From assembly GCA_046703965.1 (NCBI GenBank), contig JBJKSR010000010.1, positions 1 through 24,602 on the forward strand: a DNA stretch of 24,602 nucleotides. The letters are read 5' to 3'. This document shows, one piece after another, positions 1 through 8,246 of the stretch. The notes beneath the pieces were generated by a model. That model was not told the origin of the DNA and searched no databases. It saw only the letters and a list, made by a program, of their open reading frames with translations. Made by a program: the position numbers and the translations under genes. Each line of letters opens with the position of its first letter. Positions within the stretch are counted from its first letter, which is position 1. Origin of the DNA: Gammaproteobacteria bacterium (GTDB lineage Bacteria > Pseudomonadota > Gammaproteobacteria > JAKDMP01).

Positions 1-2
1 AA

Positions 3-650
3 CGGCTGGCGCGCGAAAAGGCCACGCTGGGTCTGTACCGGAGCGGTCATCCGATCAATCGCTACCGTGCGCTGCCCCCGCAGCTCGGCGCCGAGCAGAT
101 CGCCGACCTGGTCGGCGAGCCGGCGGGCACGGGCGGTTCGCCGACGAGAAACGTCCGTGTCGTGGCGCTCGTTCTGGAACTGCGCCGCTTCGGGCGGCGC
201 ACCGCGGTCACCCTGGATGATGCCAGCGGGCGTATCGAGGCCGTGTTCTACGACGAGGTGCTGGAGCGTGTGCGGGGGCTGCTCGTTCCGGATGCCATCG
301 TGGTGCTCGACGGCCGATTGGCCTACGACGACTATTTCAACCGCTGGCGTATCACGGCCAGCGACGTCAGTGATGTCGACTCAATCGTGGAAGCCCAGGC
401 CGGGGTACTCTGGATCGACTGGCGTCCGAACGGCGAAGCGCCCGAGGTGTGCGTGGAACGCCTTAAATCGGCCCTGTCGTCCCACCTGGGCGGAAAGACC
501 GCGGTGGGTATCCGTTATCGGGGATCCGATTCCAGTGTCTGCCTGCGCCTGGGCCAGGGGTGGCGCGTCAGCGCCTCGCGGCAACTGCTGAGCAACCTGA
601 GGACTCTGGAAGGGGTGAATCACGTGGAAGTGGTCTACCGGCGGGGCTAG
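3..650 (+). CDS. dnaE: DNA polymerase III alpha subunit, C-terminal part (5'-truncated by the window edge)
   Basis: Frame is open from base 3 and reads RLAREKATLGLYRSGHP (EKxxLGxYxSGHP motif). An OB-fold segment follows (AVTLDDASGRIEAVFY...IVVLDGRL), then a C-terminal domain ending VEVVYRRG. It lies directly upstream of accA, as in the conserved dnaE-accA order. Confidence 0.93.
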   Translation, partial: RLAREKATLGLYRSGHPINRYRALPPQLGAEQIADLVGEPAGTGGSPTRNVRVVALVLELRRFGRRTAVTLDDASGRIEAVFYDEVLERVRGLLVPDAIVVLDGRLAYDDYFNRWRITASDVSDVDSIVEAQAGVLWIDWRPNGEAPEVCVERLKSALSSHLGGKTAVGIRYRGSDSSVCLRLGQGWRVSASRQLLSNLRTLEGVNHVEVVYRRG

Positions 651-689
651 CGCCCTGTTAACATGTAGCCGAGCCGAAGCCGAACGCCC

Positions 690-1643
690 ATGAACCCCAA
701 TTTTCTCGAGTTCGAACAACCCATTGCGGAGCTGGAAGCCAAGATCGAGGAACTGCGTCACCTGGACGACCCGACGGTAAACATCGGGGAGGAGATCGAG
801 CAGTTGCAGACCAAGAGCCTGCGTATGACCGAATCGATCTTCAAGTCGCTGACGCAGTGGCAGATTACGCAGATGGCGCGGCATCCGCAGCGGCCCTACA
901 TGCTGGACTATGTGTCCCGCATCTTCACCGACTTCGAACAGCTTCACGGTGACAGGGCCTTCGCGGACGACCCGGCGATCGTGGGTGGACTGGCACGTCT
1001 CGAGGGCCGCCCCGTGGTGCTCATCGGACAGCAGAAGGGGCGCGAGACGGCGGAAAAGGTACGCCGGAATTTCGGCATGCCGCGTCCGGAGGGGTATCGC
1101 AAGGCGCTCAGGCTGATGCGCCTGGCCGAACGTTTCCACTTGCCGGTACTTACGTTTATCGACACTCCGGGCGCCTATCCGGGGGTGGGGGCGGAAGAAC
1201 GCGGGCAGAGCGAGGCGATAGCCCGCAACCTGATCGAGATGTCCGAATTGCGTACGCCCATCGTCACGACCGTGATCGGTGAGGGCGGTTCGGGCGGCGC
1301 GCTTGCCATCGGCGTCTCCGATTGGGTGCAGATGCTCGAGTACAGCATCTATTCCGTCATCTCTCCGGAGGCGTGCGCTTCCATTCTGTGGAAGGACGCG
1401 AAGAAGGCCTCCGATGCCGCCGAGGCGCTGGGGGTGGGCGCAGAACGTCTGCTCGACCTGAAGCTTATTGACGCGGTGCTGCCCGAGCCGCTGGGCGGGG
1501 CGCACCGCGACGTTAATGCCATGGCGGAGCGGATCAAGGAGAGTCTCATTCGCCAACTGGATCGGCTGGGCACCCAGGCGACGGGCGAATTGATCGCGGC
1601 GCGGCAGGACCGGTTTCTGAACTATGGGCGGTTCGAGGGCTGA
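690..1643 (+). CDS. accA: Acetyl-CoA carboxylase carboxyltransferase alpha subunit
   Basis: [87 protein letters not shown]; 317 aa. Confidence 0.98.
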   Translation: MNPNFLEFEQPIAELEAKIEELRHLDDPTVNIGEEIEQLQTKSLRMTESIFKSLTQWQITQMARHPQRPYMLDYVSRIFTDFEQLHGDRAFADDPAIVGGLARLEGRPVVLIGQQKGRETAEKVRRNFGMPRPEGYRKALRLMRLAERFHLPVLTFIDTPGAYPGVGAEERGQSEAIARNLIEMSELRTPIVTTVIGEGGSGGALAIGVSDWVQMLEYSIYSVISPEACASILWKDAKKASDAAEALGVGAERLLDLKLIDAVLPEPLGGAHRDVNAMAERIKESLIRQLDRLGTQATGELIAARQDRFLNYGRFEG

Positions 1644-2997
1644 GCCCCGCGGCAGGGCCGATTCCGACGCCGGGCGTCATGCCTCGTTCTCACCCGACGT
1701 CCTTGCCGGGCGCCTGTCGGAATGGCCGGTGCCCCAACGGTACGTGGCGCTGGTCAGCGGCGGTTGCGACTCCATGGTGCTGCTGCACGCCCTGGCCGCC
1801 GTGCGAATGCGGCTTCGTTCGCCGCTTGCGGTGCTGCATTTCGATCACGGCCTGAGTCCGGACTCCGCCGCCTGGGCGGACTTCGTCGCTGCCCGCTGCG
1901 AGGCTTTGAAGGTTCCCTGTTTCCGCGAGTCGCTGGGCCTGGAAGCCGGTGCGGCGGCGGAAACCCGGGCGCGGGAAGCGCGTTACGAGCGACTCGCGGG
2001 CTGGATGTTGCCGGGAGACGGCTGCCTCAGCGCCCATCATGCCGACGACCAGGCGGAAACCTTTCTGCTTCAGGCGCTGCGCGGCAGCGGCATGGCGGGG
2101 CTTGCCTCGATGCCGGCGTGGACCGTCTTCGGACGGGGCTGGCTGGGTCGTCCATTGCTCGCCTGGACCCGGGCGGAGTTGCAGGCGTGGGCCGTCCGTC
2201 AGGGCGTGCCCTGGGTGGAGGATCCCGCCAACCAGGACCCTTCCGTACCCCGGAACTGGTTGAGGACGCGGGTGTGGCCGGCCCTTGCCGAGACGTGGCC
2301 GGCGGCCTCCCGAACGCTCGGCCGAGCCGCCGGACTGGCCGCCGACGCGGACGCCGTTCTCGGCGAGGTGGCGGCCGAGGATCTGTGCCGCCTGGGTGGC
2401 GCCGAGGCGGGGAGCCTGCCTGCCGAGGCGTTGCTCGCCCTGTCCCCGCCTCGTCGCCGCAATGCGTTGCGTCACTGGCTGCTGGAGCAGGGGCTGGCCG
2501 GACCTTCCGCGCGCAAGCTGCGCGAACTGGAAGCGGAGTTGGTACTCGCCGACCACGGTGCCCGCGCGGTCGTGAGTTGGCCGGGCGCACGCATCCAGCG
2601 TTATCGCGGGCGCCTGTTCGCCTACCGTCCCTGGCCCCCGGCGCCGCCCGACGCGATGCCCCTCGTGCCGGAGCAGACGCTCGACCTGGGACGCCTTGGA
2701 CATATCACCCTGCGCCGTGACGCGGGCGGGCCGCTCGGCGAGCCGTTGATCCGGCGCGAGTTGATGATCCGTTTCCGCGCCGGAGGCGAAAGGCTCAAGC
2801 CTGCGGGCGACAGGCATCACCGCAAGCTCAAGCACCTGCTGCAGGAGCAATCGGTGCTGCCCTGGATGCGTGACCGCCTGCCTCTGCTGTACGCGGGAGA
2901 CGAACTGGCGGCCGTGCCGGGGGTCGTCGAGGCGAGCGAAACCTTCGCCGGCACGGGATGGCGCCTCGACTGGTCGGGGGCCCCGCCGTTACACTGA
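1624..2997 (+). CDS. tilS: tRNA(Ile)-lysidine synthetase (start uncertain)
   Basis: PP-loop [60 protein letters not shown]-terminal [24 protein letters not shown]; follows accA as in enterobacteria. The only in-frame ATG before the PP-loop overlaps accA by 20 nt (see findings). Confidence 0.93.
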   Translation: MGGSRAEPRGRADSDAGRHASFSPDVLAGRLSEWPVPQRYVALVSGGCDSMVLLHALAAVRMRLRSPLAVLHFDHGLSPDSAAWADFVAARCEALKVPCFRESLGLEAGAAAETRAREARYERLAGWMLPGDGCLSAHHADDQAETFLLQALRGSGMAGLASMPAWTVFGRGWLGRPLLAWTRAELQAWAVRQGVPWVEDPANQDPSVPRNWLRTRVWPALAETWPAASRTLGRAAGLAADADAVLGEVAAEDLCRLGGAEAGSLPAEALLALSPPRRRNALRHWLLEQGLAGPSARKLRELEAELVLADHGARAVVSWPGARIQRYRGRLFAYRPWPPAPPDAMPLVPEQTLDLGRLGHITLRRDAGGPLGEPLIRRELMIRFRAGGERLKPAGDRHHRKLKHLLQEQSVLPWMRDRLPLLYAGDELAAVPGVVEASETFAGTGWRLDWSGAPPLH

Positions 2998-3026
2998 GGG
3001 GGCAGTCCCGATCGAGGAGAGATCCG

Positions 3027-5063
3027 ATGAGCGATAGCGGAAACCGGCAGGCTTCGGAGAAAACCATCACCGCACATTGGCGCGACGAGGCTCTCATCGA
3101 ACCGCCGGAATCGTTCGTCAGGCAGGCCAACGTCAAGACGCCGGAACTCCATGAGCGCATGTCGGAAGCGAATTTCCCGAAGTGTTTCGACGAGTATGCC
3201 CGGCTCCTCGACTGGTCGCGGGAATGGGACCGTACCCTGGACGATTCGCGCCCGCCCTTCTTTCGCTGGTACGTGGGCGGCGAACTCAACGCCAGTTTTA
3301 ATTGCCTGGACCGTCATTTGCCGCAGGCCGCGGACCGGCCCGCCTTTCATTTCGTGCCCGAGGAAGAGTCGGAAGCTCCGGTCACGGTGACCTATGCCGA
3401 GCTGCACCGCCGGGTGAACGAACTGGCAGCCGTGCTGCGCGACGATTTCGGCCTGCGGCGCGGCGATCGCGTCACGCTGTATCTGCCGATGACGCTGGAG
3501 CTGCCGGTTACGATGCTGGCCTGCGCGCGTCTCGGCGTGATCCATTCAGCCGTGTTCAGCGGTTATTCGGGACAGGCATGCGCCGATCGAATCCTGGATT
3601 CCAGCAGCCGCGTTCTGATTACCATGGATGTCTACCGCCGTGGCGGCAAGCTCATTGATCACAAGCCCAAGGCCGACGAGGCGGCAAGACTGAGTGCCGA
3701 CGTGCTTGAGCATTGCCTGGTGTTCCGGCGCTTCCCGGGAGCGTATCGCAGCGAGGCCCCGATGCAGGCTCCGCGCGATCGCTTTGCCGACGAGCTGCTG
3801 GCAGCGCATCGCGGTGCGACTGTCGAACCGGAGCCCATGCGCGCCGAGGACACTCTGTTCCTGATGTACACCTCGGGCACAACGGGCAAACCCAAGGGGG
3901 CGCAGCATTCCACGGGCGGCTATCTGGCCTGGGCCACGGCGACGTCGAAATACGTCCTCGATCTCAAGCCCGAGGATACGTACTGGTGCATGGCGGACAT
4001 CGGCTGGATCACCGGTCATTCCTACATCGTCTACGGTCCCCTGGCGCTGGGTGTGAGTTCGGTGCTCTTCGAAGGTGCGCCCACCGTGCCGGACGCCGGA
4101 CGCCCGTGGCGCATTGCCGAGGCCTACGGCGTCAATGTCTTTCATACGTCGCCTACCGCCGTGCGGGCGTTGCGCAAGGTCGACCCCGGCCTGCCAGGCC
4201 GCCACGGGATGCGGTTCCGTTGCATGACGACGGTCGGAGAGCCCATCGAACCGGAAGTATGGCACTGGTACCGGGACGCGATCGGCCACGGATCGGCGGT
4301 CATCACGGACACATGGTGGCAGACCGAAACGGGTGGGCACCTGATTTCGACCCTGCCCGGCGTCAATGCGATGAAGCCCGGCAGCGCAGGTCCGGCGCTG
4401 CCGGGCGTCTACCCGGTAATCTTCGACGACGCGGGCGAGCGGGTGGAGCCGGGGCAGGGACGTGCGGGCAACATCTGCATCCGCAATCCGTGGCCGGGTC
4501 GCATGCTGACCATCTGGGGCGACGACGAGCGGTTCGTGCGCACTTATTACGCCCGCTACAATCGCGATCCGGAGAGCACCGACTGGCGTGACTGGCCCTA
4601 TCTGGCCGGTGACGGCGCGATCCAGAGCGAGGACGGCTATTACCGGATCCTCGGCCGCATAGACGACGTCATCAATGTCGCCGGCCATCGCCTCGGAACC
4701 AAGGAGCTGGAATCGGCGTGCCTGACCGTCGACGGGGTCTCCGAAGCCGCCGTGGTTGCGGTCCACGATGCCGTCAAGGGGGTAATGCCCGAGGCTTACG
4801 TGTCGCTGGAGCCCGGCCATTCCCCCGAAGGGATGGGTGATGCCGTCAGTGAGCGGATCGTGGAAATGATCGGTCCCATTGCCCGCCCGCGCCGTGTGTG
4901 GGTCGTGGGAGACGTACCCAAGACCCGCTCCGGAAAGATCATGCGCCGGGTCCTCAGCGCGCTTTCGGAACAGCGCGACACGGGAGACGTCAGCACGCTG
5001 GCCAATCCCGAAGTGGTGGAGGCGATTCGCAAGGAGATTGCCCGGGCTCCGGACGCCCGGTGA
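3027..5063 (+). CDS. acs: Acetate--CoA ligase (AMP-forming acetyl-CoA synthetase)
   Basis: YTSGTTGKPKG, ADIGWITGHSYIVYGPL, VGEPI, DTWWQTETGG, GRIDDVINVAGHRLG, PKTRSGKIMRR (catalytic/acetylation Lys). SD GAGGAG at 3014-3019 supports ATG 3027 over the ORF-track start at 2958. Confidence 0.95.
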   Translation: MSDSGNRQASEKTITAHWRDEALIEPPESFVRQANVKTPELHERMSEANFPKCFDEYARLLDWSREWDRTLDDSRPPFFRWYVGGELNASFNCLDRHLPQAADRPAFHFVPEEESEAPVTVTYAELHRRVNELAAVLRDDFGLRRGDRVTLYLPMTLELPVTMLACARLGVIHSAVFSGYSGQACADRILDSSSRVLITMDVYRRGGKLIDHKPKADEAARLSADVLEHCLVFRRFPGAYRSEAPMQAPRDRFADELLAAHRGATVEPEPMRAEDTLFLMYTSGTTGKPKGAQHSTGGYLAWATATSKYVLDLKPEDTYWCMADIGWITGHSYIVYGPLALGVSSVLFEGAPTVPDAGRPWRIAEAYGVNVFHTSPTAVRALRKVDPGLPGRHGMRFRCMTTVGEPIEPEVWHWYRDAIGHGSAVITDTWWQTETGGHLISTLPGVNAMKPGSAGPALPGVYPVIFDDAGERVEPGQGRAGNICIRNPWPGRMLTIWGDDERFVRTYYARYNRDPESTDWRDWPYLAGDGAIQSEDGYYRILGRIDDVINVAGHRLGTKELESACLTVDGVSEAAVVAVHDAVKGVMPEAYVSLEPGHSPEGMGDAVSERIVEMIGPIARPRRVWVVGDVPKTRSGKIMRRVLSALSEQRDTGDVSTLANPEVVEAIRKEIARAPDAR

Positions 5064-5111
5064 CCGGCGTCATGCCGTCGACTGCACGGGGGCTTTACAG
5101 GGTGCCGGGCC

Positions 5112-5630
5112 TCAGTGGATGCGGCGGACGAATACCTCCCGTCCGTTACCGTTGACCTGCAGGATATAGCCGATCAACAGCTTCTTGATGACCACCTTCG
5201 GGCTTTTCATGTCGGTCTGGTAATAACCCGGGCCCGCCTGGATCCAGATCTGCCCGTTGCTCAGGTGAAATTTGGTCTGTCCGGTCCAGCCGTGGAATTC
5301 ACCCACGATATGGCTCACGATCCGGTTGGTCGTATTGATTTCCTTGGGCGGCTTCCCGAAGTCGTTGGCAGACGACGGTACGGTCTGCTGTGGTGCCGCG
5401 GTTTGCGGCTTGGACGGCGAGCAGAGGCTACGGGTGTACCTGGCGAGCCAGGCGTTCAGCGCATCGAGCTGCTTTTGGGTCAGCTTGTCGAGCCCGCTCC
5501 GGGTGTATTCCGTGACGCTCATCAGGTTTCTGATGTCGGGGGCCTTCGTGCAGCTCGGCGATGCCGGGCCGGCCCAGGCCGGTATCGATATCCCGAGGGC
5601 GATTAGCAGGACGATTCGAGGGGATTTCAT
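5112..5630 (-). CDS. Secreted hypothetical protein (172 aa, Sec signal peptide, two Cys)
   Basis: MKSPRIVLLIALGISIPAWA is signal-peptide-like. A helical segment (MSVTEYTRSGLDKLTQKQLDALNAWL), a P/Q/T linker and a beta-rich segment (IVGEFHGWTGQTKFHLSNGQIWIQ) follow. The protein-like composition contrasts with the overlapping shadow ORFs. Confidence 0.8.
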   Translation of the reverse strand: MKSPRIVLLIALGISIPAWAGPASPSCTKAPDIRNLMSVTEYTRSGLDKLTQKQLDALNAWLARYTRSLCSPSKPQTAAPQQTVPSSANDFGKPPKEINTTNRIVSHIVGEFHGWTGQTKFHLSNGQIWIQAGPGYYQTDMKSPKVVIKKLLIGYILQVNGNGREVFVRRIH

Positions 5631-5763
5631 TATCGAGAAGCCTTGCTGATGAAGTCTGTCATGCGGGTCCGCGGCAGAGCCGGGGCTGATTGGCCCGCCC
5701 GGCCGCGACGTTCCGGGACAGGCCGATAACATGCCATGAAATGATCGATGCGCTCATGGCGAA

Positions 5764-5772
5764 ATCTTAGCA
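5764..5772 (-). promoter_or_regulatory. Possible extended -10 element (TGcTAAGAT) upstream of the secreted hypothetical gene
   Basis: The minus strand reads ATGATGCTAAGATTTC, matching TGnTAnnnT about 130 nt upstream of ATG 5630. No convincing -35. Confidence 0.3.
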
Positions 5773-5801
5773 TCATGGCCTGAATCGCGCTATCGCTGGC
5801 A

Positions 5802-5823
5802 GGGGCCCGGCGGGACGGGCCCC
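5802..5823. terminator. GC-rich hairpin just downstream of prc paralog 1
   Basis: GGGGCCCG (5802-5809) / CGGGCCCC (5816-5823), 8-bp stem and 6-nt loop, 17 nt after the stop. There is no U-tract on the minus strand, so intrinsic termination is doubtful. Confidence 0.3.
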
Positions 5824-5840
5824 GGTTTCCGGGCGGCGGA

Positions 5841-8087
5841 TCAACCGCCCTTTCCGGTGGCGGGCGCAGGGGGATAGAAGACCCCGGTTTGCGCCTTGTG
5901 CTTGTCGCCGCGCTGGCAATTGATACTGGCGCCCGCCGAACCGCTCTCATGCAGGCACAGGGTCAGGCTGCGCGCGGGCATGGCGGTCACGAGTTTCGCG
6001 AGCCCGGAGTTCAGCGGGGCGGCTATCGAAATGTATTCGCCCAACAATTCGGTGCCTACGTCGAGTGCAATGTCGGGATAAGAGAACCGGGCGTCGTTTG
6101 CGTCCTTCAGGTTCTTGAACGGGGGCTCGCCGTTAAGCTTTCGCCAGTCGTTGTCGAAGGTGAGTTCCTGTGTCCGCTGTTGATTGCGTTCGATCTTGCG
6201 CTTGGCCAGGTTCAGGCTCACGCTGGTGCGGGCGTCCATTTTTTTCTGCAGGGCGATCTCGCGTTCGAAGAGCTGATATTGCGGCTCCTTCTGGATCGTG
6301 TCCTGGAAATACTTTTGCAGCGCGGGCAGGGCCCGGTCGACGCTGTCGGACAGCGGCTTATAGTTGGCGGCGGGTATCTGCTTCCAGGGCAGGGCGTTGG
6401 GATAGTTGCTTTCGCCGAAGATGTTGTCGTTGATCGATGACGGGATGGCGATATCCGGTTCCACGCCCTTGCGTTGCGTACTGGCCCCGTCCACCCGGAA
6501 GAACTGCGCCATCGTGAGCTTGAGTTCGCCCGCCTTGAACCCGGGCAGGAAGTCGTCGAGATGGATGAGCGTCTGCACCGTCCCCTTGCCCCAGGTGTCG
6601 GAGCCGAGGATCAGGGCGCGGTGGTAATCCTTCAAGGCCCCGGAAAAAATTTCCGTGGCCGATGCGCTGAACCGGTTGATCAGCACGGCCAGCGGGCCGC
6701 TCCAGGCCACCTGCTCGCCGGCGGGGGTGGGCAGCACCTGCGTGTGTCCATCGCGGTCGTGCACCTGGACCACGGGCCCGTCCGGAATGAACAGTCCGGT
6801 CAGGGAAGCGGCTTGCTGCAGAGAACCGCCGCCGTTGTTCCTGACGTCGAGCAGGATGCCGGAAACCTTTTCCTTCTTCATCCGCTTGACGATGGCCCGC
6901 ACATCGCTGGTCACGCTGGGCGAGTCGTTGCTGTCGGAATCGGATCCGAAGTCGACATAGAAGGAGGGAATGTTGATGATGCCGATCTTGTAGACGGTAC
7001 CGCCGTTCTTGACCAGGACCGTGTGGCCATGCGCCCTTTGCGCATTCAGCTCCACGGTATTGCGGACCAGCGGCAGCATCCTCTCGGCACTGCCCGGCAG
7101 TGCTCCGGCAGGCAGAATCTTCAGCCTTACGGTGCTACCCTTCGGGCCCCGGATCTTTTTCACCACGTCGTCCAGGCGCCAGCCCACGACGTCGACGAGC
7201 TTGCCCTTTTTGCCTTGGCCGACCGCCGTGATGCGATCACCGGCCTTGAGCACGCCGTTCTTTGCCGCCGGGCCGCCGGGGAGGATGCGAACGACGGTCG
7301 CGTAGCCGTCGTTCTCGCTGAGCTGGGCCCCGATGCCTTCGAAGTGCAGGCTCATCTCGATCTTGAATTGCTGCGATTCGAAGGGCGAAAAATACGAACT
7401 GTGCGGATCCTGCGTCTGGGTATAGGCATTCATGTACGTACTGAACACGTCGTTCGAAGTCGTCTGCTGGATGTTGCGCAGTGCCCGCTCGTAGCGGTTC
7501 TTGAGGGTCTTGGCGGCTTCCTTCCAGGTTTTCCCCGCGAGCAGGATGACCAGGGCGTCGTTCTTCACGCGTTCCTTCCACAACTGATCGAGCGCCCGGG
7601 TGCCGGCGGCCCACGGTGCATGCCGGCGGGAAAACCGGAAGCGGTCGTCGCCCTTGAAGCCGGGTTCCTTCTTCAGCAGCGTGAGGGCGTAGGCGATCTG
7701 ACGGCGAGCCCGTTCGTTGTAGCGGGCGTAGATGGCGAACGCCGGTTCGAGGTTGCCGTGACGCAGGTCCCCGGCCAGTTTGTCGTCGTACTTTTCGTGG
7801 AATCCCTTGACGTCCTTGTCGGTAAAGTAGAAATGGCCCGGATCCAGCGTATCGATATATTCCTTGATCATGCTGTGCGCGAACGCGTCATCGAGCGACT
7901 CCGCCGGATAATGGTGATGCTGCGTAACCTGGTTGACGATCCGCGCTATCAGCACCTGCCGGGACTGGGGAGCGAGTTGACTCGCGGCGTTCGCCGCCTG
8001 GGTGGAAGATGCCAGGGCGGGGACCGCCACGCCCAGGGCGAGGCCGAGTGCCGGCAGTAACAGTGCTTTCTTGCAGGAAAAAGTCAT
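5841..8087 (-). CDS. prc: Carboxy-terminal processing (tail-specific) protease, S41A, Prc/Tsp type; paralog 1
   Basis: Signal peptide (MTFSCKKALLLPALGLALGVAVPALA), LDPGHFYF, QDPHSSYFSP, PDZ loop FEGIGAQL, GDRITAVGQG..VDVVGWRLDDVVKKIRGPKGS, DVRNNGGGSL, catalytic Ser region FSASATEIFSGALKDY, Lys in TWGKGTVQ, GELKLTMAQFFRVDGASTQRKGVEPDI; 748 aa. Confidence 0.93.
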   Translation of the reverse strand: MTFSCKKALLLPALGLALGVAVPALASSTQAANAASQLAPQSRQVLIARIVNQVTQHHHYPAESLDDAFAHSMIKEYIDTLDPGHFYFTDKDVKGFHEKYDDKLAGDLRHGNLEPAFAIYARYNERARRQIAYALTLLKKEPGFKGDDRFRFSRRHAPWAAGTRALDQLWKERVKNDALVILLAGKTWKEAAKTLKNRYERALRNIQQTTSNDVFSTYMNAYTQTQDPHSSYFSPFESQQFKIEMSLHFEGIGAQLSENDGYATVVRILPGGPAAKNGVLKAGDRITAVGQGKKGKLVDVVGWRLDDVVKKIRGPKGSTVRLKILPAGALPGSAERMLPLVRNTVELNAQRAHGHTVLVKNGGTVYKIGIINIPSFYVDFGSDSDSNDSPSVTSDVRAIVKRMKKEKVSGILLDVRNNGGGSLQQAASLTGLFIPDGPVVQVHDRDGHTQVLPTPAGEQVAWSGPLAVLINRFSASATEIFSGALKDYHRALILGSDTWGKGTVQTLIHLDDFLPGFKAGELKLTMAQFFRVDGASTQRKGVEPDIAIPSSINDNIFGESNYPNALPWKQIPAANYKPLSDSVDRALPALQKYFQDTIQKEPQYQLFEREIALQKKMDARTSVSLNLAKRKIERNQQRTQELTFDNDWRKLNGEPPFKNLKDANDARFSYPDIALDVGTELLGEYISIAAPLNSGLAKLVTAMPARSLTLCLHESGSAGASINCQRGDKHKAQTGVFYPPAPATGKGG

Positions 8088-8170
8088 TTATCACCTTGGG
8101 GGGCCAACGCGGGCCCTTCAGTTCATTGACGGATTGGGCGATACCTTACCGCTCGGGGGATCGGTATGCG

Positions 8171-8204
8171 GCCTTCCGGAGGTTCGCGTCCACTGCCGGA
8201 AGGC
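8171..8204. other. Inverted repeat (9-bp stem) between the two prc paralogs
   Basis: GCCTTCCGG (8171-8179) and CCGGAAGGC (8196-8204), 16-nt loop, no U-tract. Function unknown (RNA-stability hairpin or operator). Confidence 0.35.
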
Positions 8205-8246
8205 GTTCCCGCCGCCCGCAATCTGTTCCGAATAGTCGCACGCCAC

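Noticed and set aside
30-60. GLYRSGHP instead of the usual GLYLSGHP in DnaE
   Set aside because: A single-base difference (CTG versus CGG) that cannot be told apart from a sequencing error or tolerated variant without reads or homologues.
5841-5852. C-terminal Gly-Gly of Prc paralog 1 as a ubiquitin/MoaD-like conjugation tail
   Set aside because: No beta-grasp domain, the protein is exported, paralog 2 lacks it and no E1-like gene is present.
8088-8246. Sigma-E (GGAAC...GTCAA) promoter for prc paralog 1
   Set aside because: GGAAC and GTCAA words are present on the minus strand but not at a compatible 16-17 nt spacing.
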